Shown here: positions 24,573-33,385 of the stretch, one piece after another
Position numbering within the stretch: position 1 is the stretch's first letter
Layout of the letters: each line of letters starts with the position of its first letter
Source of the DNA: Candidatus Gottesmanbacteria bacterium
GTDB lineage: Bacteria > Patescibacteriota > Microgenomatia > UBA10105 > UBA927
Direction: 5' to 3'
DNA length: 33,385 nt
NCBI GenBank assembly: GCA_016199185.1
Contig: JACQHE010000057.1
Coordinates: 1 to 33,385 of the forward strand
Made by a program: the position numbers and the translations under genes
Notes under the pieces: model-generated
The model's input: the letters and a program-made list of their open reading frames with translations, nothing else
What the model was told of the DNA's origin: nothing
Databases searched by the model: none

Positions 24573-25530
24573 TTGGATTGACTGGGTGATATTTTTTGTT
24601 GTCCTGTACCAAGTCATTGACGGCTGGGATAAGGGCTTGGTGTCGCTTCTTTCTAACACCATCGCGTTTCTGGCATCGCTTTGGATTGCCATCCGGTTCC
24701 ACGCTCAGGTCGGCGAATTTTTGGTTGCAACGTTCGGTCTGCCGAGCGTCTGGACCAATGTATTGGGATACCTGGTGCTTGCGTTTCCAAGCGAGATGGT
24801 CATCAATTCGATTCTGGAGTGGCCGCTTCTGAAAGTTTCGCAGAAAGTCATGGGGTCAGTCGTGAATCGGTGGTTTGGATCAATTTTTGCAGTGATCAAC
24901 GCACTTATTTTCGTTGCATTTCTCCTCCTCGTCATCATCGCTCTTCCCGTTCGCGGTACCGTCAAGCGGGATATCAAAAACTCTGCCGTTGGCAGCAGGC
25001 TGGTTCTCCTGTCTGAACGCTATGGAGGGAGTGTCAAATCATCGCTTGACTCCGTGACAAGGGAAGCGCTCAAGTTCGTCACCATCAAACCTAAATCGCA
25101 GGAACGGTTAAATCTTGAAGTTAGTCCAGAGCCCGGTCAGTTGACCATCGATCCCGGCAGTGAAGCGCAAATGATTGAACGAGTCAACCGAGAGCGTGCG
25201 AAGGAGGGGCTACCCACACTTCGTGTAGAGGAGACGTTGACGGCGGTTGCCCGGGGCCACAGCCGCGACATGTTTGAGCGCAGGTACTTTGCGCACTACA
25301 GCCCGGAGGGGCGCGACGTGGGGTACCGCGCCAGACAAGAAGGATTGGAGTACGCTCTCATCGGAGAAAACCTGGCCTACGCGCCGGATGTGGAGCTTGC
25401 TCACAGCGGGTTTATGAATAGTGAAGGCCACCGCAGGAATATCCTCGATCCTGCGTGGACTCGCATCGGCATCGGTGTCATAGATGGAGATATCTATGGA
25501 AAAATGTTCACTCAAGTTTTTGCAAATTGA
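24562..25530 (+). CDS. CvpA (colicin V production-like) membrane domain fused to a CAP/SCP domain
   Basis: NWIDW and four TM segments; VNRERAKEGL, HSRDM..YFAH, GENLA, MNSEGHRRNIL. Confidence 0.88.
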   Translation: MQFNWIDWVIFFVVLYQVIDGWDKGLVSLLSNTIAFLASLWIAIRFHAQVGEFLVATFGLPSVWTNVLGYLVLAFPSEMVINSILEWPLLKVSQKVMGSVVNRWFGSIFAVINALIFVAFLLLVIIALPVRGTVKRDIKNSAVGSRLVLLSERYGGSVKSSLDSVTREALKFVTIKPKSQERLNLEVSPEPGQLTIDPGSEAQMIERVNRERAKEGLPTLRVEETLTAVARGHSRDMFERRYFAHYSPEGRDVGYRARQEGLEYALIGENLAYAPDVELAHSGFMNSEGHRRNILDPAWTRIGIGVIDGDIYGKMFTQVFAN

Positions 25531-25542
25531 CAGATGTTATCT

Positions 25543-25638
25543 GTCATCCCGAGCGCAGCGAGGGATCTAGCGATCGAAGGGAGCGCTTCGCTAGATTCCT
25601 CGACTCCCCCGACGTACGTCGGGGTCGCTCGGAATGAC
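25543..25638. repeat. REP/MITE-like long imperfect hairpin GTCATCCCGAGCG...CGCTCGGAATGAC
   Basis: Terminal complementarity; inner stem ATCTAGCGA/TCGCTAGAT; embedded palindrome CCCCGACGTACGTCGGGG 25607-25624. Confidence 0.8.
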
Positions 25639-25644
25639 GTAGTA

Positions 25645-26646
25645 ATGACTATCAGAGAAATAACGGATCGGGAAGAATGGGAGCGGTTTTGGGAGAGCCA
25701 CGCACCGGGGGCGCTGTTTCAGTCGTGGCTGTGGGGAGAAGTTGTCAAAAAACAACTTCTCCCACTCACGAGATTTGGCCTCTACGACGGATCCAAACTC
25801 ATCGGTATTTTTCAGGTGGTGACCGTGCGGGCACGGCGCGGCATCTACCTCCATGTGCGCCAAGGGCCGATAGTTTCGCCGTCTATTCAACGATGGAGTC
25901 GTGTTACGGATTTTCTCCGAGACCAGGCCAAGCGCGAAGGTGCTTCATTTATTCGGGTCAGTCCGCCGGTTGCGGACCTCGTCCAGCACAGAAAATTTCT
26001 TCAGACGCTCGGTTTATTGCCGGCGGCGACGCACGAAGTCGATGCCGAGCGCTGTTGGGTGCTGGATATTACACCCGGCGAAGAGGCGATCCTTGCCGGT
26101 ATGCGTAAAACTACGCGATATGAGATACGGCATGCACAGCATCTGGGGGTACGTATTGTCACCACAACCGCTCCCATCGATTTGGATAAGTTTTTTGTGT
26201 TGTACGGGGAGACGGCAAAGCGCCACCACTTTGTAGAACATCGCGGGATACGGGAAGAGTTTGATGTATTCGTAAAGGAGGGGAAAGCCGTACTCCTCCT
26301 TGGATATTACCAACAGACACTTTTAAGCGCCGCGATCATCCTTTTCCTCGCTGATCAGGCAATATACCATCACAGCGCATCAGTTCCTACTGACTATTCC
26401 GTTAACTACGCGATCCAGTGGGAGGCGATTCGTGAAGCGAAGCGCCGGGGGATGAAAGTCTATAACTTTTGGGGCATCGCGCCACTTGATGCGGCGAATC
26501 ATCCGTGGCACGGCATCACGGTATTTAAAACCGGCTTCGGGGGACGGGAGGTCCAAACGATTCATGCACACGATCTGCCCGTATCGCCACGATACTGGCC
26601 CACGCGCGCCATAGAGTGGTGGGAAAGGACAAGAAAAGGGTATTAG
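25645..26646 (+). CDS. FemABX-family aminoacyl-tRNA-dependent peptidoglycan bridge transferase
   Basis: FQSWLWGE, MRKTTRYEIR, QWEAIREAK, YNFWGI, FKTGFGG; start placed at ATG 25645. Confidence 0.88.
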   Translation: MTIREITDREEWERFWESHAPGALFQSWLWGEVVKKQLLPLTRFGLYDGSKLIGIFQVVTVRARRGIYLHVRQGPIVSPSIQRWSRVTDFLRDQAKREGASFIRVSPPVADLVQHRKFLQTLGLLPAATHEVDAERCWVLDITPGEEAILAGMRKTTRYEIRHAQHLGVRIVTTTAPIDLDKFFVLYGETAKRHHFVEHRGIREEFDVFVKEGKAVLLLGYYQQTLLSAAIILFLADQAIYHHSASVPTDYSVNYAIQWEAIREAKRRGMKVYNFWGIAPLDAANHPWHGITVFKTGFGGREVQTIHAHDLPVSPRYWPTRAIEWWERTRKGY

Positions 26647-26668
26647 TGCTATACTTGTCCTTGCCTTT

Positions 26669-27031
26669 ATGCGGGAAGCCCTTCGTAAGCACCATGTTTC
26701 CGTCAAAACCGCCATCGACGGTATCCGATGGGCCGTTCGTACGCAGCCCAATTTTCGCGTCCACCTCGTACTGTCTGCCTTGGCGGTGATTGGAGGATGG
26801 TTATTTCGGGTAACTTCTATTGAGATGCTCATCCTCGTTTTTACGATTGTCCTGGGGCTCACCGCGGAGATGGTCAATACGGCCATAGAAGCCATGACGG
26901 ACTTGATTACCCGCGAGTATCGCGCGGAAGCCAAAATCGCCAAAGACGTGTCTGCCGGCATGATGCTCATCACCGCCGTGGGTGCGCTTGTTGTGGCTGC
27001 AGTAATTTTTTTACCACATATCCTGGGGTAA
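26669..27031 (+). CDS. dgkA: DgkA-family kinase (diacylglycerol/undecaprenol kinase)
   Basis: QPNFRVH, EMVNTAIE, AKIAKDVSAG. Confidence 0.92.
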   Translation: MREALRKHHVSVKTAIDGIRWAVRTQPNFRVHLVLSALAVIGGWLFRVTSIEMLILVFTIVLGLTAEMVNTAIEAMTDLITREYRAEAKIAKDVSAGMMLITAVGALVVAAVIFLPHILG

Positions 27032-27079
27032 CTCCCCCTACCCCCTCTTAATCTAAGAGGGGGGTTTCGGGGGGAGTTA
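27029..27079. repeat. C-rich/G-rich intergenic hairpin
   Basis: TAACTCCCCC..CCCCCTCTTA-atc-TAAGAGGGGG..GGGGGAGTTA. Confidence 0.8.
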
Positions 27080-27086
27080 TACATTT

Positions 27087-28136
27087 ATGAGTTTACTTTT
27101 GGGCGTTCTTCTTTTTTCTTGGCTTACCCATAGCATTCTTTATATTCCGTTCATTCGGCTCCTCTATATCTGGCGGTTTCAGCGCCTGGCGCAAAAAACT
27201 CTGGACGTGTTTGAAAAGCGCACCCCCATCTTTGATAAACTTCATAAGGGCAAAGTAGGCACGCCCGTAGGCGGCGGGCTTCTGATCATTCTTCTGACTA
27301 CTATCCTTTTCCCCATACTTATGCTGCTTCTCCAGTATTTCTGGGTGCCGATTACGGCCGTCTACGCCATGGGCAGCGAGATAAAAATACTCCTGTTCAC
27401 CTTCGTATCGTTTGGCCTACTGGGGCTTGTCGATGACATGAAAAAGACCTTTGTGTGGCTTAAAGGCAGCGACTTTTTCGGATTGCGGCTGCGGCACAAA
27501 TTGATTTTGGAAATTGTTTTGGCAAGCGTCATCGGTTATTGGCTGGTCAATGAGCTCAAAATCGACATCTTTTACGTGCCGCTCGTGGGCGTGTTTCACC
27601 TGGGCTGGTGGTTCGTGCCGTTTGCCGTATTTGTGATCATCGCATTTGCCAACGCATTTAACATCACCGACGGACTGGACGGGCTAGCCTCGGGGGTGCT
27701 CATGATTGCGTTGGGAGCCTTCTGGATCATATCCGCCTCAATTTTGGATACGCCGCTATCGGTGTTTATCGCGCTCTGGTTGGGCGGGGTAATCGCCTTC
27801 CTGTACTTTAACGTGTATCCGGCGCGCATATTCTTAGGCGACGTGGGCGCGCTCTCGTTTGGCGCGACCATCGCCGTCGTTGGTTTGATCCTCGGCAAAG
27901 CGCCGGCGCTCCTGGTCATTGGCGGCGTATTTGTCCTGGAGGTGCTTTCTTCGCTGGTTCAGCTCCTCTCGAAAAAGTTTTTCCACAGGAAAGTATTTCC
28001 GGTTGCCCCATTTCACCTGTGGCTCCAGTATCACGGCTGGCCGGAGCCAAAAATAGTGATGCGCTTCTGGATCATTTCCATCGTGCTTGCCATATTCGGA
28101 CTCTGGATTGCTCTCCTGATGCAGCAATCTTTGTAG
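27087..28136 (+). CDS. mraY: Phospho-N-acetylmuramoyl-pentapeptide transferase
   Basis: GTPVGGG, GLVDD, NAFNITDGLDGL, IFLGDVGAL, APFHLW. Confidence 0.95.
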   Translation: MSLLLGVLLFSWLTHSILYIPFIRLLYIWRFQRLAQKTLDVFEKRTPIFDKLHKGKVGTPVGGGLLIILLTTILFPILMLLLQYFWVPITAVYAMGSEIKILLFTFVSFGLLGLVDDMKKTFVWLKGSDFFGLRLRHKLILEIVLASVIGYWLVNELKIDIFYVPLVGVFHLGWWFVPFAVFVIIAFANAFNITDGLDGLASGVLMIALGAFWIISASILDTPLSVFIALWLGGVIAFLYFNVYPARIFLGDVGALSFGATIAVVGLILGKAPALLVIGGVFVLEVLSSLVQLLSKKFFHRKVFPVAPFHLWLQYHGWPEPKIVMRFWIISIVLAIFGLWIALLMQQSL

Positions 28137-28150
28137 AATGTTTCTTGCCT

Positions 28151-29488
28151 ATGCCTTCAACATCTTCCACGTTCACGTTCGGTCGATATAGGATAGATGC
28201 GTCGAACGAGTCGATCGTATTTCTTTACTCGTTGGTTCACGGAGACGAAGCGTTTTCGTTTGAGGAGCGAATGATCGTTCCCGGGTTATCCACGGGTGCT
28301 GACTCGGGATTACTCAAGAGTGTTTTAGATGCGCTTCACTTGATGCTCGGCATAAGTTACTGGAAGACATTTTGTCCTGGGATAATAGACACAGGAGAGA
28401 TTGCGCTAACCAAGGATCAGGCGGCGTTTTGGAATACTTTGTATACAAAGGGCTTGGGCGAGTTTTTTTATACAAACAAGATTGATTTTCGCCGTCTCGT
28501 ACAATTTCCCGTTTCAAAAACTACTACCCCAAATCCTTTGAAACTGCCCACACAGGATAAATCGCTCGTTGGGCTGGGGGGTGGCAAAGACTCAATTGTT
28601 TCTTCCGAGTTATTGAAGAAGAATCATAAGGACTTTTCGCTTGTCAGCCTTGACGCGCGAGACATTCACCGTCGTGTGGCTGAAATTATCGGCAAGCCGC
28701 TTATTGAAGTTACGCGGGAGATTGATCCGAACCTTTATGCAGTAAACAGGAGAGGGGATGTGTACAACGGCCATGTACCGGTTTCGGCAATCTATGCGTT
28801 TGTAGATCTGTTTCTTGCTGTCATCGGAGGATATCGATACATCGTTGCATCCAATGAGGAAAGCGCAAACTACCCGAACACGCAGTACCTGGGCGAGGAG
28901 ATAAATCACCAATGGAGCAAGACGCTTGAGTTTGAAACATTATTTCAGCGTTATGTGAGTGACTATATTACTCCCGATATCACGTATTTCTCCCTACTTC
29001 GTCCGATGAAAGAGATAAAAATTGTCGAACTATTTTCCAAATTAGAACAATACTTTTCCTCGTTTTCCAGTTGTAATGCCAATTTTTTCAGACACGTCGA
29101 AACGCCAAGATCGCTGTGGTGCGGAACATGTCCGAAATGCGTGTTTGTATTTCTTCTATTATCCGCGTTTATTCCCAAAGACCGTCTGCTTACTATTTTT
29201 GGTATGAATCTTTATGCACGCGAATCGCTTCTCCCTACGTTTCGGGAACTCTTGGGTCTTACAGGCGTCAAGCCGTTTGATTGCGTAGGTACTCCCGAGG
29301 AAGGTCGATTTGCTCTGCATAAAGCGTCACAATCCGGACAATATGATTCAGACACCTGTATGCAGATACTTCATTGGGAGATCGGTGACCAATGGAATAG
29401 ACTTCCCGCATTGAGAGAGAAGTTGTTTTCGCTTCCTCAAAATCATCGGATACCGACATCATTTCAGAAGTCACTTGCTAATCTATGA
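28151..29488 (+). CDS. murL: MurL-like UDP-MurNAc-L-Ala-L-Glu epimerase
   Basis: PP-loop-like GGGKDS, NGHVPVSA, NHQWSK, FSSCN, WCGTCPKC, KPFDCVG; directly upstream of murD. Confidence 0.82.
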   Translation: MPSTSSTFTFGRYRIDASNESIVFLYSLVHGDEAFSFEERMIVPGLSTGADSGLLKSVLDALHLMLGISYWKTFCPGIIDTGEIALTKDQAAFWNTLYTKGLGEFFYTNKIDFRRLVQFPVSKTTTPNPLKLPTQDKSLVGLGGGKDSIVSSELLKKNHKDFSLVSLDARDIHRRVAEIIGKPLIEVTREIDPNLYAVNRRGDVYNGHVPVSAIYAFVDLFLAVIGGYRYIVASNEESANYPNTQYLGEEINHQWSKTLEFETLFQRYVSDYITPDITYFSLLRPMKEIKIVELFSKLEQYFSSFSSCNANFFRHVETPRSLWCGTCPKCVFVFLLLSAFIPKDRLLTIFGMNLYARESLLPTFRELLGLTGVKPFDCVGTPEEGRFALHKASQSGQYDSDTCMQILHWEIGDQWNRLPALREKLFSLPQNHRIPTSFQKSLANL

Positions 29489-30720
29489 AACTTAAAAGTC
29501 TGGCAGAAAAAAAGATATGCATCTTGGGCTACGGGAAAGAGGGGAAAGCAACCCGCGCATTTTTGCAAACTATGGTCCCGAGCGCTATCGTGAGCATTTC
29601 TGATCAAAAAAACGGGCCTGATTATCTTACCGGTTTGGAAGCGTACGATGTGGTGATCAAGACGCCGGGCATCCCAAAACACCTCGTACCGGTGCCCTTT
29701 ACGACAGCGACCGATATTTTTTTTGCCAATACACGGGGGTATACGATCGGTGTCACCGGTTCAAAAGGCAAAAGCACGACGGCCTCACTATTGTATGCGA
29801 TACTCAAAAAAGGCGGAAAAAACGTGCATCTGGTCGGCAACATCGGCAACCCCATGCTCACCGCACTTTGTGAGGAGAAAAGTTCTGAAACGGTATACGT
29901 TATCGAGCTTTCCAGTTACCAGCTTGATACCATAGCGTACTCACCCCGGATTGCTCTCATCACGAATTTGTTTCCAGAACACATGGATTACCACGGTGAC
30001 GTACAAGCATATTGGCGTGCAAAAGAGCGTATAGTAACCCGATCGACAAGCGACGATTATCTCGTTTACAATCCCGATTATCCGAGACTCGTCCGTTTAG
30101 CAAAAATAACCAAAGCCAAATCCGTACCGTTCGTCGCCCGGTTGCCGTTTGATTACACGCAACCCCATCTTCTCGGCCGTCATAACAAAGACAACGTTCG
30201 GGCAGCCGTGACAGCGGCAGGATTACTGGACGTTCCTCCGGAAACAATGGAAAAGGCGGTTGTCGGTTTTGGACCCCTCCCGCATCGGCTGGAATACATC
30301 GGGACATTTCGGAACCTCTCTTTTTATGATGACGCGATTTCTACGACTCCGGAGTCCACGATTTGCGCCATAGAATCATTTCCATCCGTCGGTGCCATCC
30401 TCCTTGGGGGTCAGGATCGGGGCTACGATTTTTCCCGATTAGGCACCATGATCGCCGCGCGCCGTATCCCTACGGTGGTACTTTTTCCGGATAGTGGTGA
30501 GGCCATCTATAAAGCTATAATAAAAGCCTCATACACACCGTTACATGTACTACGGACGAAAGAAATGGGTATGGCGGTTTCCTTCGTCTTTGAACATGCT
30601 CGAGCGCATTCTGTGTGTTTACTTTCCACCGCATCCCCCAGCTACAGCGTATGGGAAAACTTTGAGAAAAAAGGAGAACTATTTGCCCAGTTTGTGCGAA
30701 AGTACTCATCCGGATTATGA
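29485..30720 (+). CDS. murD: MurD-family glutamate ligase (possibly L-Glu-specific MurD2 type)
   Basis: LGYGKEG, KTPGI, GVTGSKGKSTT, ELSSYQL, LPHRLE, DDAISTTP, GGQDRG. Confidence 0.92.
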   Translation: MKLKSLAEKKICILGYGKEGKATRAFLQTMVPSAIVSISDQKNGPDYLTGLEAYDVVIKTPGIPKHLVPVPFTTATDIFFANTRGYTIGVTGSKGKSTTASLLYAILKKGGKNVHLVGNIGNPMLTALCEEKSSETVYVIELSSYQLDTIAYSPRIALITNLFPEHMDYHGDVQAYWRAKERIVTRSTSDDYLVYNPDYPRLVRLAKITKAKSVPFVARLPFDYTQPHLLGRHNKDNVRAAVTAAGLLDVPPETMEKAVVGFGPLPHRLEYIGTFRNLSFYDDAISTTPESTICAIESFPSVGAILLGGQDRGYDFSRLGTMIAARRIPTVVLFPDSGEAIYKAIIKASYTPLHVLRTKEMGMAVSFVFEHARAHSVCLLSTASPSYSVWENFEKKGELFAQFVRKYSSGL

Positions 30721-31805
30721 AAATAAAACGTATTTTTTCATCACCCGATCGGTGGTTGATCGGGATTGTCGTTTTTCTTGCATTGTTTGGCGTACTCATG
30801 GTGTATGACTCGTCGGTTGCTATAGCCATCCGGGACTTCGGGGATCAATACTACTTTGCCCGCGAGCAGCTCAAATGGTTGGTATTGGGATTCGGGGCGA
30901 TGTTGATCATGTCGCGTATCGACTATCATCGGTGGTACGCGCTTGCGCTGCCCGCGCTTGTTGGCACTATGGGGCTTCTCATGGCCGTATTCATCCCGGG
31001 ATTTGGCGTTGCCGCCCTCGGCGCGCACCGGTGGCTCAACTTCGGTTTCTTCATCCTGCAGCCTGCTGAGTTAGCCAAACTCGTGCTCATCCTCTATCTT
31101 GCTGCGTGGTTTACGAGCCGCGAGAAAAGTAGGTTTGGTGCGTTTCTCCTTTTGACCGCCATCGTGTTTGGCCTCGTGATCCTTGAGCCTGATCTGGGAA
31201 CAGGGATTATCCTGGTCACCATTGCCACCATCATGTACTTTCTTTCCGGTGCTTCGCCCAAGCATTTTGCCCTGCTTGTTCCGGTGGTGATTGTTGGGGT
31301 GACGCTGCTTGCAATCTCCTCGCCGTATCGGTTTGCCCGTCTCACGACCTTCCTCAACCCCGAACGTGATCCGTTAGGCGCGTCATATCAGATTCGACAG
31401 GTGTTGTTAGCGCTCGGATCGGGTGGATGGACAGGGATAGGGATCGGCAAATCACGGCAGAAATATGAGTACCTGCCGGAGGCAAACACCGATTCCATTT
31501 TTGCCATCATCGGTGAGGAAGTGGGATTTCTGGGTACAATCCTCGTCGTGGGAGCCTTCGCATTTCTGGTTTGGCGGGTATTCCGGGTGGCAGCTCGAGC
31601 GCCCGATCCGTTCGGGAGACTTTTGGCCGCGGGTATCGCATCATGGATCGGGATGCAAAGCGTCTTCAATATCGGTGCGATGGCGGCACTTATTCCGCTG
31701 ACCGGCATACCGCTGCCGCTTATCTCTTACGGCGGGTCGAGCTTAGTCATCGTACTTGCCGCAACCGGGATTGTGTTTAATATCAGTAGACAGCGAAAAA
31801 TATGA
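30717..31805 (+). CDS. ftsW: SEDS-family peptidoglycan polymerase FtsW
   Basis: GAHRWL, QPAELAK, EPDLGT, YLPEANTDSIFAIIGEE, PLISYGGSS; lies before murG. Confidence 0.94.
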   Translation: MKIKRIFSSPDRWLIGIVVFLALFGVLMVYDSSVAIAIRDFGDQYYFAREQLKWLVLGFGAMLIMSRIDYHRWYALALPALVGTMGLLMAVFIPGFGVAALGAHRWLNFGFFILQPAELAKLVLILYLAAWFTSREKSRFGAFLLLTAIVFGLVILEPDLGTGIILVTIATIMYFLSGASPKHFALLVPVVIVGVTLLAISSPYRFARLTTFLNPERDPLGASYQIRQVLLALGSGGWTGIGIGKSRQKYEYLPEANTDSIFAIIGEEVGFLGTILVVGAFAFLVWRVFRVAARAPDPFGRLLAAGIASWIGMQSVFNIGAMAALIPLTGIPLPLISYGGSSLVIVLAATGIVFNISRQRKI

Positions 31806-32836
31806 ACCAACCAACCATTTGCATTACCGGCGGACATTTGACACCGGCCATCGCCGTTATTGAGGAAATCAAACGGCGCAAACTCCCGTGGGACATCGTC
31901 TTCGTCGGCCGGAGTGAAGCGTTTGAAGGAGGCGGCAGTCCGGCGCACGAGGAGCGGCTTGTCCGAGCGTCGGGCGTCCCGTTTCATGTCATTGTGACCG
32001 GAAGGCAGGGGCTATCGGTCTGGAAGGTACCGATAGGGCTTATTCAATCATTGCGCCTATTAATCAAGGAGTGTCCGTCTGTCGTGCTTTCCTTCGGTGG
32101 GTATGTAGGACTGCCGGTTTGTGTGGCGGCATGGATGCTGGGGATTCCGGTCATTATCCACGAGCAGACTGGTGAGTTGGGGTTTGCCAACAGAATTATT
32201 GCCGCGTTTGCCAGGCGCGTATTGTTGTCCAGTGAGATTGGCATCCCGCTTCGTGAGGCACTGTTTCATCCATTCCAAAAGCCATCCTTCCCGATCGGCG
32301 TGACGCGGCCCATACTATATATAACCGGCGGCAGTACCGGCGCGCGCACGCTCAACGCACTCGTCTTCCCCATCATTTCCCAGCTTTGTGAGCGCTGCAC
32401 CGTGATTCATCAAGTGGGTGCGGCTGATCTGCCCAGCGCGCACAAACATACCGAGAAAGGATACGTCGCGGCAGAGTATTTCGACGCCTCGGATCTTGCG
32501 TGGATTTATGGCCATACCTCGATCCTTATCGGTCGGTCTGGGGCAAACACCGTCGCTGAAGCCTGCGCGCTCGGCGTGCCGGCTATCTTCATACCGCTCC
32601 CGTGGGCAGCAGGTGACGAACAAACGAAAAACGCGTTGTCACTTGCCCATGAGGGCATGGCGATTGTTCTCAATCAAAAAACGCTTACGGCCGAAACACT
32701 TCTTGGGCACATTGGTACCATGATGCAGTCTCTGGCTGCGTACAAATCGCATGCAACGCGGGTAGCAAAGATGTATCCACGAGAGGGCGCAGTCAAGGTG
32801 GTACAAGAGATAGAGGATATCCTCTCACGAGCATGA
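31802..32836 (+). CDS. murG: Lipid II GlcNAc transferase
   Basis: GGHLTPA, FGGYV, HEQ, TGGSTGA, GRSGANTVAE, EQTKNA. Confidence 0.93.
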   Translation: MNQPTICITGGHLTPAIAVIEEIKRRKLPWDIVFVGRSEAFEGGGSPAHEERLVRASGVPFHVIVTGRQGLSVWKVPIGLIQSLRLLIKECPSVVLSFGGYVGLPVCVAAWMLGIPVIIHEQTGELGFANRIIAAFARRVLLSSEIGIPLREALFHPFQKPSFPIGVTRPILYITGGSTGARTLNALVFPIISQLCERCTVIHQVGAADLPSAHKHTEKGYVAAEYFDASDLAWIYGHTSILIGRSGANTVAEACALGVPAIFIPLPWAAGDEQTKNALSLAHEGMAIVLNQKTLTAETLLGHIGTMMQSLAAYKSHATRVAKMYPREGAVKVVQEIEDILSRA

Positions 32837-33385
32837 GACGAGCGTTTGCATGGCGGAAGTTTGGCAGAATCATGGCCTTTGCCCTGGCCATTCTTTTGGT
32901 AAGCGGTGTGTTCGCCTGGGGAGTCAACAAACTATTTACCATCACGATGGTAGAGGTGTCCGGGGAGGGGATTGCCGTTGCCGTGGATGAGACCAGTCTC
33001 CCCAAGAACCTTTTGTTTTTCCCCGTGAGCGACGTACAGGATCAAATCCTCAAGGAGAATCCATTAGTCGGGAGTGTGTCTCTTAAGAGAAAATATCCCG
33101 GCACCCTCGTCATTACGGCCGTGCCCCGCAAACCCTTTGTGATTGCGGGAGTGGGCGGCGAGACCTATGCGTTGGACGACCAGGGTGTGGTGCTGTCGCA
33201 GTATCCCTCCGCGGCAGATCTTCCGGTGATACATCTTTCTCTGTCACCCGTGCAGCCGGGAGATACTGTTGCCGACCCGATTGTGCTTACGGCCGTCCGG
33301 TTTTTGCGGGAGACAGCCTCGGTGCTGCGCGTTTGGGAAATCGCCCCCTTTGAAAGCTCGGGGCTTCAAGCCCGGGCAGAAGGAA
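32833..33385 (+). CDS. ftsQ: FtsQ/DivIB-type POTRA protein, 3' end outside window (not in ORF track)
   Basis: Own translation from ATG 32833: TM helix, FTITMVEVSG, NLLFF, KRKYPGTLVI..RKP, YALDDQGVVL; open to the window end. Confidence 0.8.
   Translation, partial: MRRAFAWRKFGRIMAFALAILLVSGVFAWGVNKLFTITMVEVSGEGIAVAVDETSLPKNLLFFPVSDVQDQILKENPLVGSVSLKRKYPGTLVITAVPRKPFVIAGVGGETYALDDQGVVLSQYPSAADLPVIHLSLSPVQPGDTVADPIVLTAVRFLRETASVLRVWEIAPFESSGLQARAEG

Noticed and set aside
26380..27084. 234-aa minus-strand ORF
   Set aside because: Antisense to the Fem gene and dgkA; composition mirrors the sense codons.

Overview
A gene-dense bacterial chromosome segment, almost entirely on the + strand. Gene order and protein features (N-terminally shortened MurE, membrane-anchored MurF, alpha2-type GlyRS, DUF4012-like protein, promoters lying close to start codons) suggest a Patescibacteria/CPR genome, probably Microgenomates-like; this is inference. 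In order it holds: the end of a surface-glycan cluster (two GT4 enzymes, mannose-1-P guanylyltransferase, priming sugar transferase, DUF4012-like protein); recO and glyQS; small membrane-protein genes; and an expanded dcw cluster (mraZ, rsmH, ftsL, ftsI, murE, pgeF, murC, murB, murA, glmU-like, alpha/beta hydrolase, murF, DegT-family, CvpA-CAP, FemABX, dgkA, mraY, murL, murD, ftsW, murG, partial ftsQ). Two AT-rich inserts interrupt the dcw cluster. (1) About 13.45-15.55 kb: an integrase-less, integron-like cassette array. Each of its three minus-strand genes is bracketed by its own inverted repeat, with attC-like spacers, long perfect palindromes and a 314-bp MITE with GTAA ends and an 8-bp target duplication. 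(2) 16.88-17.78 kb: a DUF3800 (RNase H-like) gene followed by a multi-stem structured element that pairs with the gene's last codons and has a candidate antisense promoter, suggesting a protein plus ncRNA module.
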